Below are positions 1-19,737 of a DNA stretch of 64,000 nt, piece by piece (within the stretch, counting starts at the first letter, position 1; every line of letters begins with the position of its first letter). Both the position numbers and the translations under genes were made by a program. The notes under the pieces were generated by a model. The model did not search any database and was not told the DNA's origin. It saw only the letters and a list, made by a program, of their open reading frames with translations. Source of the DNA: Rotaria socialis (lineage: Eukaryota); assembly GCA_905331295.1 (NCBI GenBank), contig CAJNYD010000224.1, positions 62,001 to 126,000 on the forward strand, given 5' to 3'.

Positions 1-778
1 AAAATACATTATTTTATTTCATTATACATGAAAAGATCAAACAATAGAAAGAAAATATTAGAAAAATATTTACTAAATACGATTTATTTGTTCGAGAAAA
101 TTGATTTTCTCCGGGGAAAATTTCTGGTCGATTTGAATCCTATTCAAATAGTGTCTTTCAACTAGTGTGATATTATCACTAATGGAACAGATGAAAGAAT
201 ATTCTAATGCAGTTAATTGAAGTCATAATCTGGAAAAAATTTGCATGTTGGATCAAAGTTTTATAAATCACTTTGAAGTAGTTTTCATGACATTATCATT
301 AAAAAAAAGAACTACGCAAAAACAACTTTTCTAGATCAAAATATCGTTCTTTCTGCTTATCATAAAGAGCAAAGCACTGACATAAACATGTGTCCAAGTT
401 GAAGATTTATTTAAGAGAAAGAGAAATTTTGAAACATTCATAATTTTATCTACTAAAATTTTCGAATTAAACGGTCCATGAATCTAAGATTAACATTCAT
501 ATTTTAATCATATATATTCATTATTTACAACATGATAGAATCTTCCCTATTAATTCTTGATTACAAATGTAACAAAAAGGCTGATTTTTTACTTATCAAA
601 GAACAGTATATTGTCATTGTCATCATAATTAACATTTTCATTTTTTAAGTATATTCATTATGTTGAATTAATATTTAGGATACGAAAAAAAATTAAGAAA
701 ATTTAACAGAGAAAATAATATTTCTATAATAGTTAGGTTAGAATGAAAATTGATTAGAAATGTTTTAGAAAGTATGAG

Positions 779-1072
779 TGCAACGTTATATGCGGAAAGC
801 GTTCTAATTCCATCCGAGGATGTAACGCCCCCGCTCGCGTGTAACCTATACATAATATTTGACCTTATGGTGCCATTTATTCTCATCAAACCTATTTCCT
901 TTATCGTTCTGTCCTTTATATTTGTCTTTATCTATCCTTCTTCTTCGTTCTCTCAAATGGCTGAGTATTTAAGCGTGTGCTTTATATATAATCGATGCGA
1001 TTTATGATTTGAAGAGTTAAATAAAGTGTAATACCATCAACACAGGCGTCTCTTCTATCTAAAATCGTCACA
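779..1072 (+). mobile_element. Solo LTR (294 bp) of an LTR retrotransposon
   Basis: Starts TGCAACG and ends CGTCACA (TG...CA, imperfect inverted ends). Flanked by a perfect 5-bp direct repeat ATGAG (774-778 and 1073-1077). Contains a TATA-like TATATAA (~985) followed by AATAAA (~1020). Confidence 0.7.
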
Positions 1073-1553
1073 ATGAGTTTCGCATTCGGCAAACATCAAA
1101 GCCACTCGAGTAAAGAATGATTTGGTTAGTTTTTGAAGCGAGAGGATTGCATAATATTAAAGTTAAGTAAATTATGAAAACGGAAAAAAAGATAAAAAAT
1201 GATGACGCTGATGATACCCGTGAAATGAGAGAATTTGACTTGACGGACTTGATGAAAATTTTTAACGCTTTTGATTTGGTTTCCGATTAACAAGACCTTG
1301 TGTGACCTTTGCTATGAGATTTCCTGACTTAATATGTCTCATTAGAGTACTTGGCTGGTTCAATTCTAATCAATGGCCTGCATTCAATCAGCGGATGTAT
1401 ACATTTGTTTGTTTTAATTATAAAAAATAGAATTTTGCCTTTACTAAAATGGTTTCAATACAGTACGATGACTTCTGAAATATTCAAAACATTCGGATTT
1501 AATATTGAGAAAATAGCAGAAGTAGATTCTTGTTGAATAATGAATAGTTTAAA

Positions 1554-1936
1554 TCCATGGCGAGAAACCAGACGGTAAGATCTTACAAGAATCGTACGTT
1601 TGATCATATCTGATCTGATAAGATCAGACGAAAAATCGCACGAAAAATCGTCGTCTCTGATTTCTGACACTAAGTCGTATCAAAAGATTCTTGAAAGGTT
1701 CTGTTACCCATGAAATATCACTGTGATATTTTAATTAGACTAATATCTCCTTAAAATATCACGACAAATTTGTATTGAAAATAAATTGTATGTGCGATCT
1801 TTAAAGAAAATATAGTATGATCTGATGCAAGATTTCAGAGACGACGATCTTTTGTCTGATGCCGATAAGATTTCGTTCGAATTGTGAGATCTGACGTCCG
1901 GATTGCAAGATCTTACGTCAGATTTTTCGACCTGGG
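1554..1936. mobile_element. Degenerate MITE/foldback element with CCCAGG...CCTGGG-type ends
   Basis: Left end tccatggcgagaaaccagacggtaagatcttacaa aligns with the reverse complement of the right end (cccaggtcgaaaaatctgacgtaagatcttgcaa). Internal inverted pair atcgtcgtctctga / tcagagacgacgat. Confidence 0.65.
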
Positions 1937-3401
1937 ATGAGAAACAAAACTGTATGTTCTCATATACAAAGACTTTACAAGATGATCCTTCGAAATATTT
2001 TTATGCAATTATAGTCAAATTTCGAACTGGACATTATCAAGATTAACAATAGCATTTGACTATCGTTTTTATCGTCGAATCATGCATATTATACATGTTT
2101 TTTTAAATAGTAAAGTGCATCGAGTGCACTCGAATGCCTCTTTTCGACAATAGGGCTTTTCCCGTTTGCTGACTTTCTTGTTTTTGTCTATTTTAAGACA
2201 GTGTCTACTCTATTCTATTCATAAATGTCTTGTTCAATAATGAGTGTTAATTGCACACCGCAGATGAATGCACACAATTAATTTTCTACAGAAAACCATA
2301 GAAGATTCTGCAGTTGACCATCTATTTTTTGTGATGCAACACGAACGAAAATCATAGTATTAAAATCGAATAATGTTCTAATTTCGAATACTATTTTCCA
2401 TGCGAATGAATTGGAGAACTCCATTTGTTTTCAGTAAGTCAAGATCATCAATTTGAGATGAAGTTCCTTGTTATCTTAAACTAAACACTCCATATTAATC
2501 ATTCAATAATTATCATAATATTACTATAGAAAAACAAGCATAGACAACGATCATGGACGGGGAGTACAAGCAGACTGAACCTATGGATGGCCTGTGATGC
2601 GTAGTAAAGATCAGGAGTAATTTTCATTGTAACTGCTGTCAGCTTGAATTGGCATTCCTGATTTAGTTTCTGTGCCTATTTTTATTACAAGCTAACTATC
2701 TACCTTGAGTTTTCTTTGTTTCTAGCATCTAAGGTGCTCTTATATAGATATGATATTCTAGAACACATCGAGTCATAAATAATTTCTATTCATTTGAACT
2801 TGTATTTATTGATCGAATACCATAGAATTTTGTTTTTCGCATATATTTTATGGGTAACTATTCGTTGTTTAACGTGGAATTTCAAATCTTAAAAAGTAGA
2901 AGCACATCGACTTTGCAATAAGATATTCTATTCGGTCATATGAAATCTAACTTGTGGATAGTAGCACAATTGAACAGTATCATATATTGAAAACATCGAT
3001 TTTGAAGTTTTCGATACGAATTTGAATAAAAATTATTATAAGAATTTTATAAGACGATACAGAACAATTATTCAAATTACAACATCATACTCAAATATTG
3101 ACACTACTAATGATTATGTCTACTGATACTCTTTTAAAGCTTATAAACAAAAAAAATGTTAATCGTAAGTTATATCAATATGAACTGTTTGATTGGGTCA
3201 CAACTTATAAAGTTTGAATTCTTTTCTATTTTGAAAAAAAAATAATTTTATTAAATATGTTTTCTTTATTATTTTGACTAGAATAAAAATATCATTGCCT
3301 ATTGAATATCTTTTTTGTTATTTCTTGATATTCACCGATTCGATACATTGTCGTTTAGCTGACACTAAACAATAAGAAAGAAAAATTAGTTATAATGGAT
3401 C

Positions 3402-6400
3402 CTAGGGACATGCTTTTGTTTCTCTATTACTTTGATTGTCATAATCAGAACATGGTCGCTTTTGAAATGATTTTGTCATTTTTGGTACATCATATTGTTC
3501 AAGCCATTTATTTAATTTTCCAAATATCATGAAGCGTAAACCATTCTAGGTAAAAGAAAGCTGTCGCTTCGTATCAACTTTAAATTTCTTTCGTTTTTAC
3601 TTGAGCCTCATGAGTAATATTATTTCGTTCTTGATCAGTCAGCTTATCAAAAATATTGTTTATTTCATCTGTTTGCCAAGGCATACGTAAACCCGGTCCA
3701 TCTTAATGAGGATAATAATATTATCAGTAATATAAGAAAATTAACAAACCACATAAAACTAAACCACTGGATAGATATTCAAGAACTCGTCGAAATACGC
3801 CAACAGTTGATACAGATTTTGATAAAGCATGTGCGATAAGAATTTCAATGACCTATGAAATAGTACTATTGAAAACAAATCGAAAACAACTAGCTAATAG
3901 ATTTTACTTCCGATGGTAACGATTTCCACTTGACTAAGACTTTTGTTTTATAACGTAAGCAGCGGATTAATGCTGGTGCATGTTTTTCAGTACTAATATG
4001 ACTCTAAATATTTCAAGAAATAAAAAAAATAACATGTTACTTTAACTGTTTCACCTGAAACCATTGAAATGAATTTATTGCAGATAAAGCTTTTAAACAA
4101 TTTTTTCTCGATAAAAGTTGTTCAGATGTTTGAGGATTTTGTTGTTTTTGAATAGATAAAGAAGTAAATGAAATGGAAACAGACATTGGTCCTTCAATAG
4201 TATTTGTGTATACTCGAATAATTTCATCGTCTTTTTGACATAGAATATTTATTTGATTTTTCCATGTTTCCTATTCAATCAATTGAATTCATGTTTTGTT
4301 TCTAGTTTTAAAATTTATTTACTGACTTGAAAATTATCGAGTAGTGTAGAAAAGATTTTCTCAAAGAGATTCATTGTTGGCCATTCTGTACAAATAACAA
4401 CGATGTGGAATAAACGATCACTTTTTATCAATAGATTTTTCACAAGTGCACCAATACGAGATAAACCTACCAACGGAGATTTGCTACTAAATTCAAGATA
4501 AAAAGTATAAAATCATAAAATTTAAATGTATATAGCATACATCACTGTTCCTAAAGTATCATTTGTTGTTGACGTTTGCACAAAACCGATTTGATTTGAG
4601 CAAGATTTAACTGCTGCTTCAACAGTACTGACGAATTGTTCGATTATATCGAGCTAATGGTTTGATTTTAAAATAAAATAAAAAACATTTTTGGATGCTT
4701 CAATAATAATAGTTCACTCTATTTTGATAGTGTGATTGTTGAAATGGAAGATCAAGACTTTCAATTTATGCTGAACTGATCGAATGATATGAAATGAGTT
4801 TTCCCCACTTGTCTCTGGCTTTTTTTTTATGTTCCTAATAACCATCAGGTCAAAACTGAATTGAGTTAGACATCTTTAGACTTTGTTTCATTTAATTAAA
4901 CGATCTAACCGTGAGTTTAAACTTCAGAAGATTAAAATTTCAAAGATAATGACTTTTTACTAACTAAGTTCTGCGTTGGTATTATTTGTTCATGTAATTT
5001 CATTAAATATTTCGTGTCATCATCCATATCTAGTTCATTGATACTAGTTACTTGCCGATCATTCGTATTTTTTATAATTTCATTTGCATATTGTTGTGGA
5101 TTTGATGATTTACTATTACTATTATTATCAACTTGAATATTTGGATTAACTTTCTTCTATGAATAGAGTTAAAAACAAAAATATAAACACTCTAAAGTTT
5201 GTCTTAATGCATGTATTTTTTACTTGATAAGAAAGTAAGTGACGTTTTCCTTTTAAATGTGCATCTCTTGTATTACACTCATTAAATATGCAATCACATA
5301 ATTTACAATAATAAGATCTTGGATTATTTGTATCATCATATGATGTTTCAATATATTCAATACCGATCAGTTTTGTACTATTTCCATTTGATTGTTTAAC
5401 TTCATTAATCATTACTGGTTGTGATTTATTAATAGGAACTAACTGTGGATTAACATTGTCCAGGTTTGTTTTACTTAATTTACGATGTAATTTTATAGCC
5501 TAATTATAATATTATGATTGTAAATCAAACAAAAACAGAAGAATATCATTCAATTACTTTATTATGTTTAGCTCCATTTAAATGTGCTTCGTAAGCACTC
5601 GAACTTGTACAATTTATATTACATAATTCACATCGACATTCATTCTGATACGTCGGTTGATTTTGAGAAATAGCTATGTTTTTCTTATGTTTTGAACCAT
5701 TTAAATGTGCTCCATATGAATTATGATCTCCGTATGTGATAAAACATGTTTCACGATCATGTATACGTGTTGAACTTGTAGAATTAGAAGAATTGTTCCG
5801 TGAACGACGATTGAAATTTGTTCGTGGCATACTTGATAGATGCTGACCAACCATTGATGATTCACATGGAGGAGTGAACGCCTTTAAAGTTGCAATAAGT
5901 GATTGATTTTGATGATTATAATCTAATTAAGAATAATATTATTATATAAAATTACGCGAATGAGTAATAAAAAAAGGTTTATAGCTTTATGTCTGCAATT
6001 TGAGTTAGATAATAAGTAACTGATATTTAGAACTTCTTACTATGAACTAGCCAATGTTTTACTTTCAAATATGATATTATATCACAGTGTGAAATATCTA
6101 ACGTCAAGCATTATGTTAAGATATTGATGTTAGTGCGATAGAAGAATATATCGAGATTCTGGTTCTAACATAGATTTTGTTTTCTCTTTCATAAATTTAA
6201 TGGAAATTCTTCAAGTTCTTAAGCTTACCATGAAATTGTGATTGATCTTGTATTGAAGAATACACAGGATAATTCCTGTATTGAGGCACCTGCTGCTAAA
6301 CGAAGGCAAAATCTGAAAATTTGCATGCTCCCTATTAACAGAAGAAGTGTACCGACCTGTGAAAAAGGATAAGGAAATCTTTGACTGTAAAAAGACTGTC

Positions 6401-6514
6401 TGCGAACAAATTTCGAATAAGGTAATGTACTAAATACGAAAAATAAAATAAAATTTACATAGAACAACCAATGGCATACTTGTGGGTATAATAGTTCATT
6501 CTATTGTTGAACAT
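3402..6514 (-). CDS. ZFR: Zinc finger RNA-binding protein (ZFR)-like: matrin-type C2H2 fingers plus DZF domain, multi-exon, divergent
   Basis: Phase-consistent GT-AG exons from ATG 6514 to TAG 3402. Fingers CELCNINCTSSSAYEAHLNGAKH and CKLCDCIFNECNTRDAHLKGKRH. DZF-like motifs DDTKYLMKLHEQIIP, GLSRIGALVKNLLIKSD, CLKALSAINSFQWFQ, FRRVLEYLSSG, DGPGLRMPW and LTDQERNNITHEAQ. Confidence 0.85.
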
Positions 6515-6806
6515 GTTTTCCTTTTTGAATTAAAAAAATAATTAATAGAATGACAAAAAAAGCGTAAGAAAAAGAATTCCGAAAATCTATATCTCTTGAA
6601 TATTGTTTCATGTGGATTATTTTATCCAATCACGTATCAAAAGACACCCAGCACCCTCTCTGGTTGATCTATTTGAATGGAAGAAAGATTTGACGACTCG
6701 TTTCAATACCGTTTAGGTATATATTTTAACTAGTCATACTTTTAGATAGAGCAACTATAGATAAGATCCGTATTTCTACTTATTATCCTTTTATCTGAAG
6801 CAATTC
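6515..6806. promoter_or_regulatory. Probable bidirectional promoter between the ZFR-like gene and ClpX
   Basis: Only 292 bp separate the two divergent inferred start codons (6514 minus, 6807 plus). Confidence 0.55.
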
Positions 6807-13604
<6,798 letters not shown>

Positions 13605-13771
13605 ACATGTATATTATATACATATTATTAAGCAGTATATTACCTATTTATACATATCATTATTTATGTATTTGACAGAGAGCAGCTTATCCTAGCTTGT
13701 TGATTATGTATTTCTTTAAGTAAAACAAAAACAGCATTGCTTGTAAATAAATATAGATTAAATATATCTCC

Positions 13772-13772
<1 letters not shown>

Positions 13773-13808
<36 letters not shown>
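13773..13808. repeat. Compound (TA)n(TG)n microsatellite
   Basis: Read directly from the sequence. Confidence 0.9.
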
Positions 13809-14758
13809 CTCAATGAGCAAGACAAATAAAAATAAAATACATTTTGAAGATCAAAAAAATGTAAAAAATGATATCAGATTTAAGAAATTTTTTAATACTA
13901 TCAAAATATTCTTTGTGTGCAACTAATATTGGCATCATTACAAAAGATCACTTGTATAAACAAATAATATATATTCTATTGAATATTTGAGTTCTTTTTA
14001 ATGAAATCTTGTTTCACGCAACAACTTTTCGAGATCTTGTAAATCAATGTCTAAATAAAACACAAAAGCTAGATATGGCTTTATATATTGTAGAACGATA
14101 AAAAAAAATCTGGATCTACTTGAATCATATTAGAAGAGTAGTGTATACATCAGAATTCGGTGCTATTTTTGTTCAACGAGACTATCTAATCCAATAAACA
14201 TTCATCTATTACCAATATACCACTGTCTCGTAGGTGATTTTAATTTTCTACTAAACATATATTTGATAGTCTATTTTCAACATTATTATATCTGTAGCCA
14301 TAAATTTTGTCATTTTAAATCGAATATTCAAATGGATAAATCGAAATATAGAAGGAAATAATTTTAATTAAAATATGGTTTGTAGATTAACATATTACAC
14401 TTTGTTATATTATTATATGAATATGCACTTTATAGTTAGTTCATTTTCTTTGTTCATCTTGCGCTATAATGACGTATGATTACCTCGATAAACATACGTT
14501 AACAAAAGAATAATAGTCAAACATATCAACAACATTTTGCTTTTGATTTATGCATGGCCCTTAAGCTTTTCCATGTAACAGTTAGAATTTATTTTTCTAT
14601 AATCGAGGTGCTATTACACAGTTCTTTGTCTTTCTCGAACAAAAGATATGTATATCTATTTATATACATACAACTATATATCACCATCTATGAACATGAT
14701 AGAGAAAGACAGTCCAGGTCCGTCATTTAATCAAATCGAGAAAAATCTAGCGAACAAC

Positions 14759-14780
14759 AGAGAGAGAGAGAGAGAGAGAG
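14759..14780. repeat. (AG)n microsatellite
   Basis: Read directly from the sequence. Confidence 0.9.
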
Positions 14781-15003
14781 ATTCACACATAGAGCAAGTG
14801 ATATCATCGTTACCAATAGAAAGTAGAAAAGTCGTGTTATTGTCGTTGTTCGACTTCATTTTGCATACAAATACGATCAGCATCGGACGTAGACACACGT
14901 TATATAGATAAAAAAAAGAATAAGAAGAGACGAGGGACGATTTGCTATCAGCATTTTTATGCGTATTATCGGCATTTCCGTCGAATTTCCATTTAACTCC
15001 GAG

Positions 15004-18000
15004 ATGAAACAGGTATGAAAACTAATCGCTTCGTTTCATAGTAATTATAGAATATCTGGTTTTTAATGATAGGTTCACTTGGCATTATTATTGTGTCTTC
15101 TATTGGCAATCAGTGCCACTGGACAATATCATTCAGGTAAGAAATCTATTCATTATTGTATTAAGATATAAATATAAATTTATATTTTATTTTTTGGTTT
15201 TGTTTTTGTTTTTTAGCTAACGTGTTAGGTCATCGTCTTGCTGAACAACAACTTGATGTAGGACAAACAGACTTAAGCGGGTATGCTGTTTTTTCCGATC
15301 CTAATTCTTTTGCAAATTACGGTCAACAATCAAACAGTCGTTTGCCAAGTTCAAGTCGTACAAACAATGTTCCACGTGTTAATAAAGAAGTATCCCCATC
15401 GGGTCCAAATTTTCAAGGTACACAACGTGATCAAACTTTTGACAATAATAACAATGTTGGTCAACTGACTATTGATAATAACAACAAACACGTCAGACCT
15501 TATGCTGAACCAACTGGCCCACCATTTGGCATTCAATCAACAGGTTATGTTTTAAGTTATCCAGAAGAAAAGCTTGATCTTTCAAAATGCGGACCAAGTA
15601 AGAATCATTGAAAAACAAAAGCTGAAAATTATGATGCACTATTCTTATTCCTTTCTTTTTTTCTAAAGAACCAACAACCAACCCATGCAAAATATCAGGC
15701 CCACAATATCATGCGTTATCTGGTTATCCACATTGTTATATTCATTGTTCGTTTGGACGAGTATTTATTAAACCATGCCCAATTGATCTTGTATGGAATA
15801 CCCGAATTAATAGTTGTGATTGGCCAACAATTGGTTCTACAGTTGATAATGATGATAACTCCGCAATATATTATGACTCTCGTAATACCAATTATGAACA
15901 TCTATACGGACGAAAGAAACGTTCAACAACTGAACGCAAGAAACGTTGCTTAGGTGGATATGAAGGAAGCTATCAATGCTCACTACCTCGATACGCATCC
16001 CAGCAACTTCGTAAGTTCTCTCATTTTAGATTATCTACGGAACATTCATCATTTTTTTATTTTTAGGAATACCGCTAACATCTTATAATCTACCAGGTCC
16101 AGTTAGTTTTCCAGGTCAAGTTGGATTCGCAGGTGTTCCATCTCAATTTGCAGGCTCACAATCACAGTAAACTATCGCAAGCTTACGAATCTTAGAATAA
16201 AATATTCATTAAATTTTTAGTTCGCAAGCAATGGCCCAACCAGCTGCTCCGACATTATCAGCACCCACTTCATTTGTTTCAGGACTATCTTCACCTATAT
16301 CATTTGGACAGACACCAACAACATATGACCCAAATGCTCAAGCTCGTGCTTATTCACAATTTAGTGGTTTATATGCCGATTCGTATGGAATTGCAGCTAG
16401 AAATGTTCAAGCAGCACCTCCCACAGACCAAGTAACAGCTCCTGTAGCACCAGCAACAGTTCCTGCAGTTCCAACAACAACAACAAATGGTCTACAAGCT
16501 CCACCGACCTTTTTTCCAGGATTCTTTCCGTATGTTTAATAGGCATTGTAACTTCAATAGATAACCTTTAAGATTACATGTTTCTAGACCTACATTTTTT
16601 CCACAACAATACGCTGCACCTGTCAATCCTTTTGTTACACGTACCCCCACACCGTTAGAGGTGACATTGAGTAAGTTTCATTTTAGATTACTTTTAATTT
16701 CATTTTGCATCTTCATTTTCTTTTTCAGTTCCTGGTCCATTTTATCCATATGGTCCTCCACATGGTGGTCCATTCGGTGGCCCAATGCCTCCGACTCCTA
16801 AAAAACCCTCAATTGAAGATTATTTCAAGCGCTATCGATATTTTGGTGGTCATCATCCGTTTTCTCATGGATTTTCCCAATCTCCAATACATTCATCGTC
16901 AATCGTTTCGGGTGGTCAGCCATTCTCAAGTTCTAGATCTTTTGTTGGTCAACAGGTTCCAACTGGTTTTTCGTACGGTGGTCAATATACTCCAGCTAGC
17001 TCATTATTTGATAGTCAATCTGTTCCGAATGATTTTTTATACGGTGGCCAAAAATTTCAGAGTTTTTTGCCTGTTAATAGTCAACAATATCCAACTGCTA
17101 TGCCTTATGGCGGTCGCCCTTTTCCACCTTTCAGAAAAGTCAATATTCCAATCCGTGGATCGTTCGGTGGCAAACAATCTACGAATGGAGAGGCTCATCC
17201 AGTTCTCGGGTAAGTTTCTTCTTAAAATGTTATTTTTTCTTTGGATACATATGCAAAACGAAACGTGGAATGAAGGAACTAAAAAAAACATTCTTTATTC
17301 TGCTATATTTTGTTCATTTGGTTTTTGTATTTAGTTTCGATTTATTTATGTCTGATGATGGTCTTTATGCAGAAGAAATCGATGGTGATACTCTGTATGT
17401 ATTATTCGTTAGCTGCTATATTTTTTAATTATCTTTTGTCGTTATTTATTTTAGTACCAAAGGTAAAGATAAAAACACCGGCAAAGGTAATAAAAACAAT
17501 GCCAAAGCAAGTGACAACAAAAATTCTGAAAAATCAAATTCGTAAGTTCCTTCATATGAAAGCATTGTTCAGCGTTTGATGCCATTAATATTTTTTTAGC
17601 AAGAATAATGAAGGTGATAACAAAGATAGTCCGAGTCGTAAGAAACGTCAATATGATGCCTCTGCTACAACTGTTGGGCAAGTACCATCCGTCGGTGGAA
17701 CAGAAAAACAACAATATCCAGCTAGCTTCAATCCATTTCGAGTTGGATCACATAATGCAGTACAACAATCACATTTGAACTCAAATCAATATTTACGTCC
17801 ATCCATAAGTCGATGTATGTTATTTTTATTTCTTTTATTTTTCATATACAGTCATTCTTTCCTATTTAGTATCACCATGTGTTGGTAAATCACTAGGATC
17901 TAATACTGCACACCCAAGAGATGATACAAAATATATTGCTTGTTTAAATCAATTCTATTATGAAACAATGAACTGCCCATCGGGTCTTATTTATAATGCA

Positions 18001-18910
18001 GCTACTGACCGATGTGAAAAAAGAAAAAATCCTGACGCAATATGTGATCGTGAACAACCATGTATGAATGGTGGACAATGTTATCAAACAGGTAAAACAG
18101 CATACAAATGTACTTGTAATGGTGCTTGGACAGGTGAACGATGTGAAACACAACTATCATCTTGTGCTACTAATCCCTGCGGTCCAGGTAATATATGTCA
18201 AACACTTAAGACAGGCGATTACAAGCAAGATTATGTTTGTGTCTGTAATGAAAATCAATCATATGGTCCAAGCTGTGGGCAAAGTATGTTGTTTCGACTT
18301 TTCTCTATTAGAAAAAATGATTTATACTTTTATTTCAGATACTGTACCAAATCCATGTTTAACAACAACAACTATACCAGAGCCATATCATCCATTTGAA
18401 TTCAGTGCTCAAGCTTTTATTCAATGTAATGGTGATTTCCTTTATGTTCAACCGTGTGCACCTGGTTTAATTTGGAATAAAAACGAACAAGTTTGCGATC
18501 GACTTGAAACAACATCATATGAAGGTGTATATGCTAGTAATGAACAAAAATTGTCATCCGATAATTTCGGACCTATTTTTGCTGATCGAATTAGTGTTCA
18601 ACCACAAGCTGACCAACAAAGGTTAGAGCAAAACAATAGACAAACAAATAAATATTTATTGATATCATTTTTATTTTTAAATAGGGCTATTCTAATTCAA
18701 CATAACCAACAAGAACTCCCAACTCTTACAGACCGATCATCGTCTTCAATACCAGTTGTACAAACGCAAACTGTTGATACATATGTCAAAAGACCACTGT
18801 ACGATGACGTATATTATGAGCCACCACACACGGAAGTGATGAGTCAGCAACCACTGCAACCAGTCACTCGTTTTCGAACAAAATTACCTAAAAATATCAA
18901 TATGCAATAA
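15004..18910 (+). CDS. Secreted pro-protein with three chitin-binding type-2 (CBM14/peritrophin-A-like) modules, two EGF-like domains, Pro/Gly/Tyr/Phe-rich spacers and three RKKR convertase sites
   Basis: Spliced signal peptide MKQVHLALLLCLLLAISATG. CBM14-like modules NPC...CYIHC...KPCPIDLVWNTRINSCDWP, SPC...YIAC...MNCPSGLIYNAATDRCE and NPC...FIQC...QPCAPGLIWNKNEQVCD. EGF domains CDREQPCMNGGQC...CTCNGAWTGERCE and CATNPCGPGNIC...CVC...YGPSC. Exon phases are consistent throughout. Confidence 0.85.
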
Positions 18911-19737
18911 ATTCCGCAAGGTTATCATCGATAACGCTCATTTATATCTCTTATTTACTTGACAGTTTTTTTCTCTCTCTCTTCATTAGTTGGTGAATCA
19001 TTTGTATCCTCTTTTTATAACCTCATTCATGTTAACATTCGTTCTTTTTTTTTTCTTATTCGCTCATTTTAGTTTTATGTATGCTTATCTCTTTGATTAA
19101 CTGGTTAATATTTGGTGCTATTAAACGTTTTACTATGAAACTAATAAATGGCATCATTTTTTACTCTGTTGATTACATATCGAATGACTGTACGATATGG
19201 ATTGATATTACATTATAGAAAGAAACTCAAATCTATTTATTCTTTTCTTGTCTATATCTAAGAGACTTCAGGCAAAGCAAGTACTATGATGATAGGATAC
19301 AAATTCTATATGAAATGACACATGAGGATATATTTCTCGAGTATAAATAATTAACAAATTTATTTCATTAGAACTAGCTTCGAGAAATTTTAATATTAAA
19401 AAGAAAAATTAAAGTAATTTCGTTAACAAAAACAATTTGCTATCTGCTATTAACATGTTGATAGCGAATTTTTTTCTTTGGTAACAGACCAGAAAAAAGG
19501 ACAATTTACTTTGTATTAATAATTATTTTACAATCATTGATCTACATGAATGCACAAAATACATCGTTAAGTTAGAGAAAAGAATTAATATCAATACATC
19601 TGTAATCTTGTCATTTATATTAACTGTAATTTTATTTTGTGTCTCCAAAAATTTAGATCAGCTGATTGATGATGGTAGAATATTACATATTTATAATTAG
19701 TATGCTTATGATAGTGTTTTCGAACACCAAAAAGATC

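Noticed and set aside
1078..1300. Possible remnant of a pogo/Tigger-like transposase C-terminus (DDADDTREMREFDLTDLMKIFNAFD)
   Set aside because: Short, interrupted by stops and only vaguely similar; it needs a tBLASTn/HMM search.
18908..18934. Possible stop-codon readthrough (MQ*IPQGYHR*)
   Set aside because: The 7-codon extension could be chance or a recent CAA>TAA change; it cannot be decided without orthologues.
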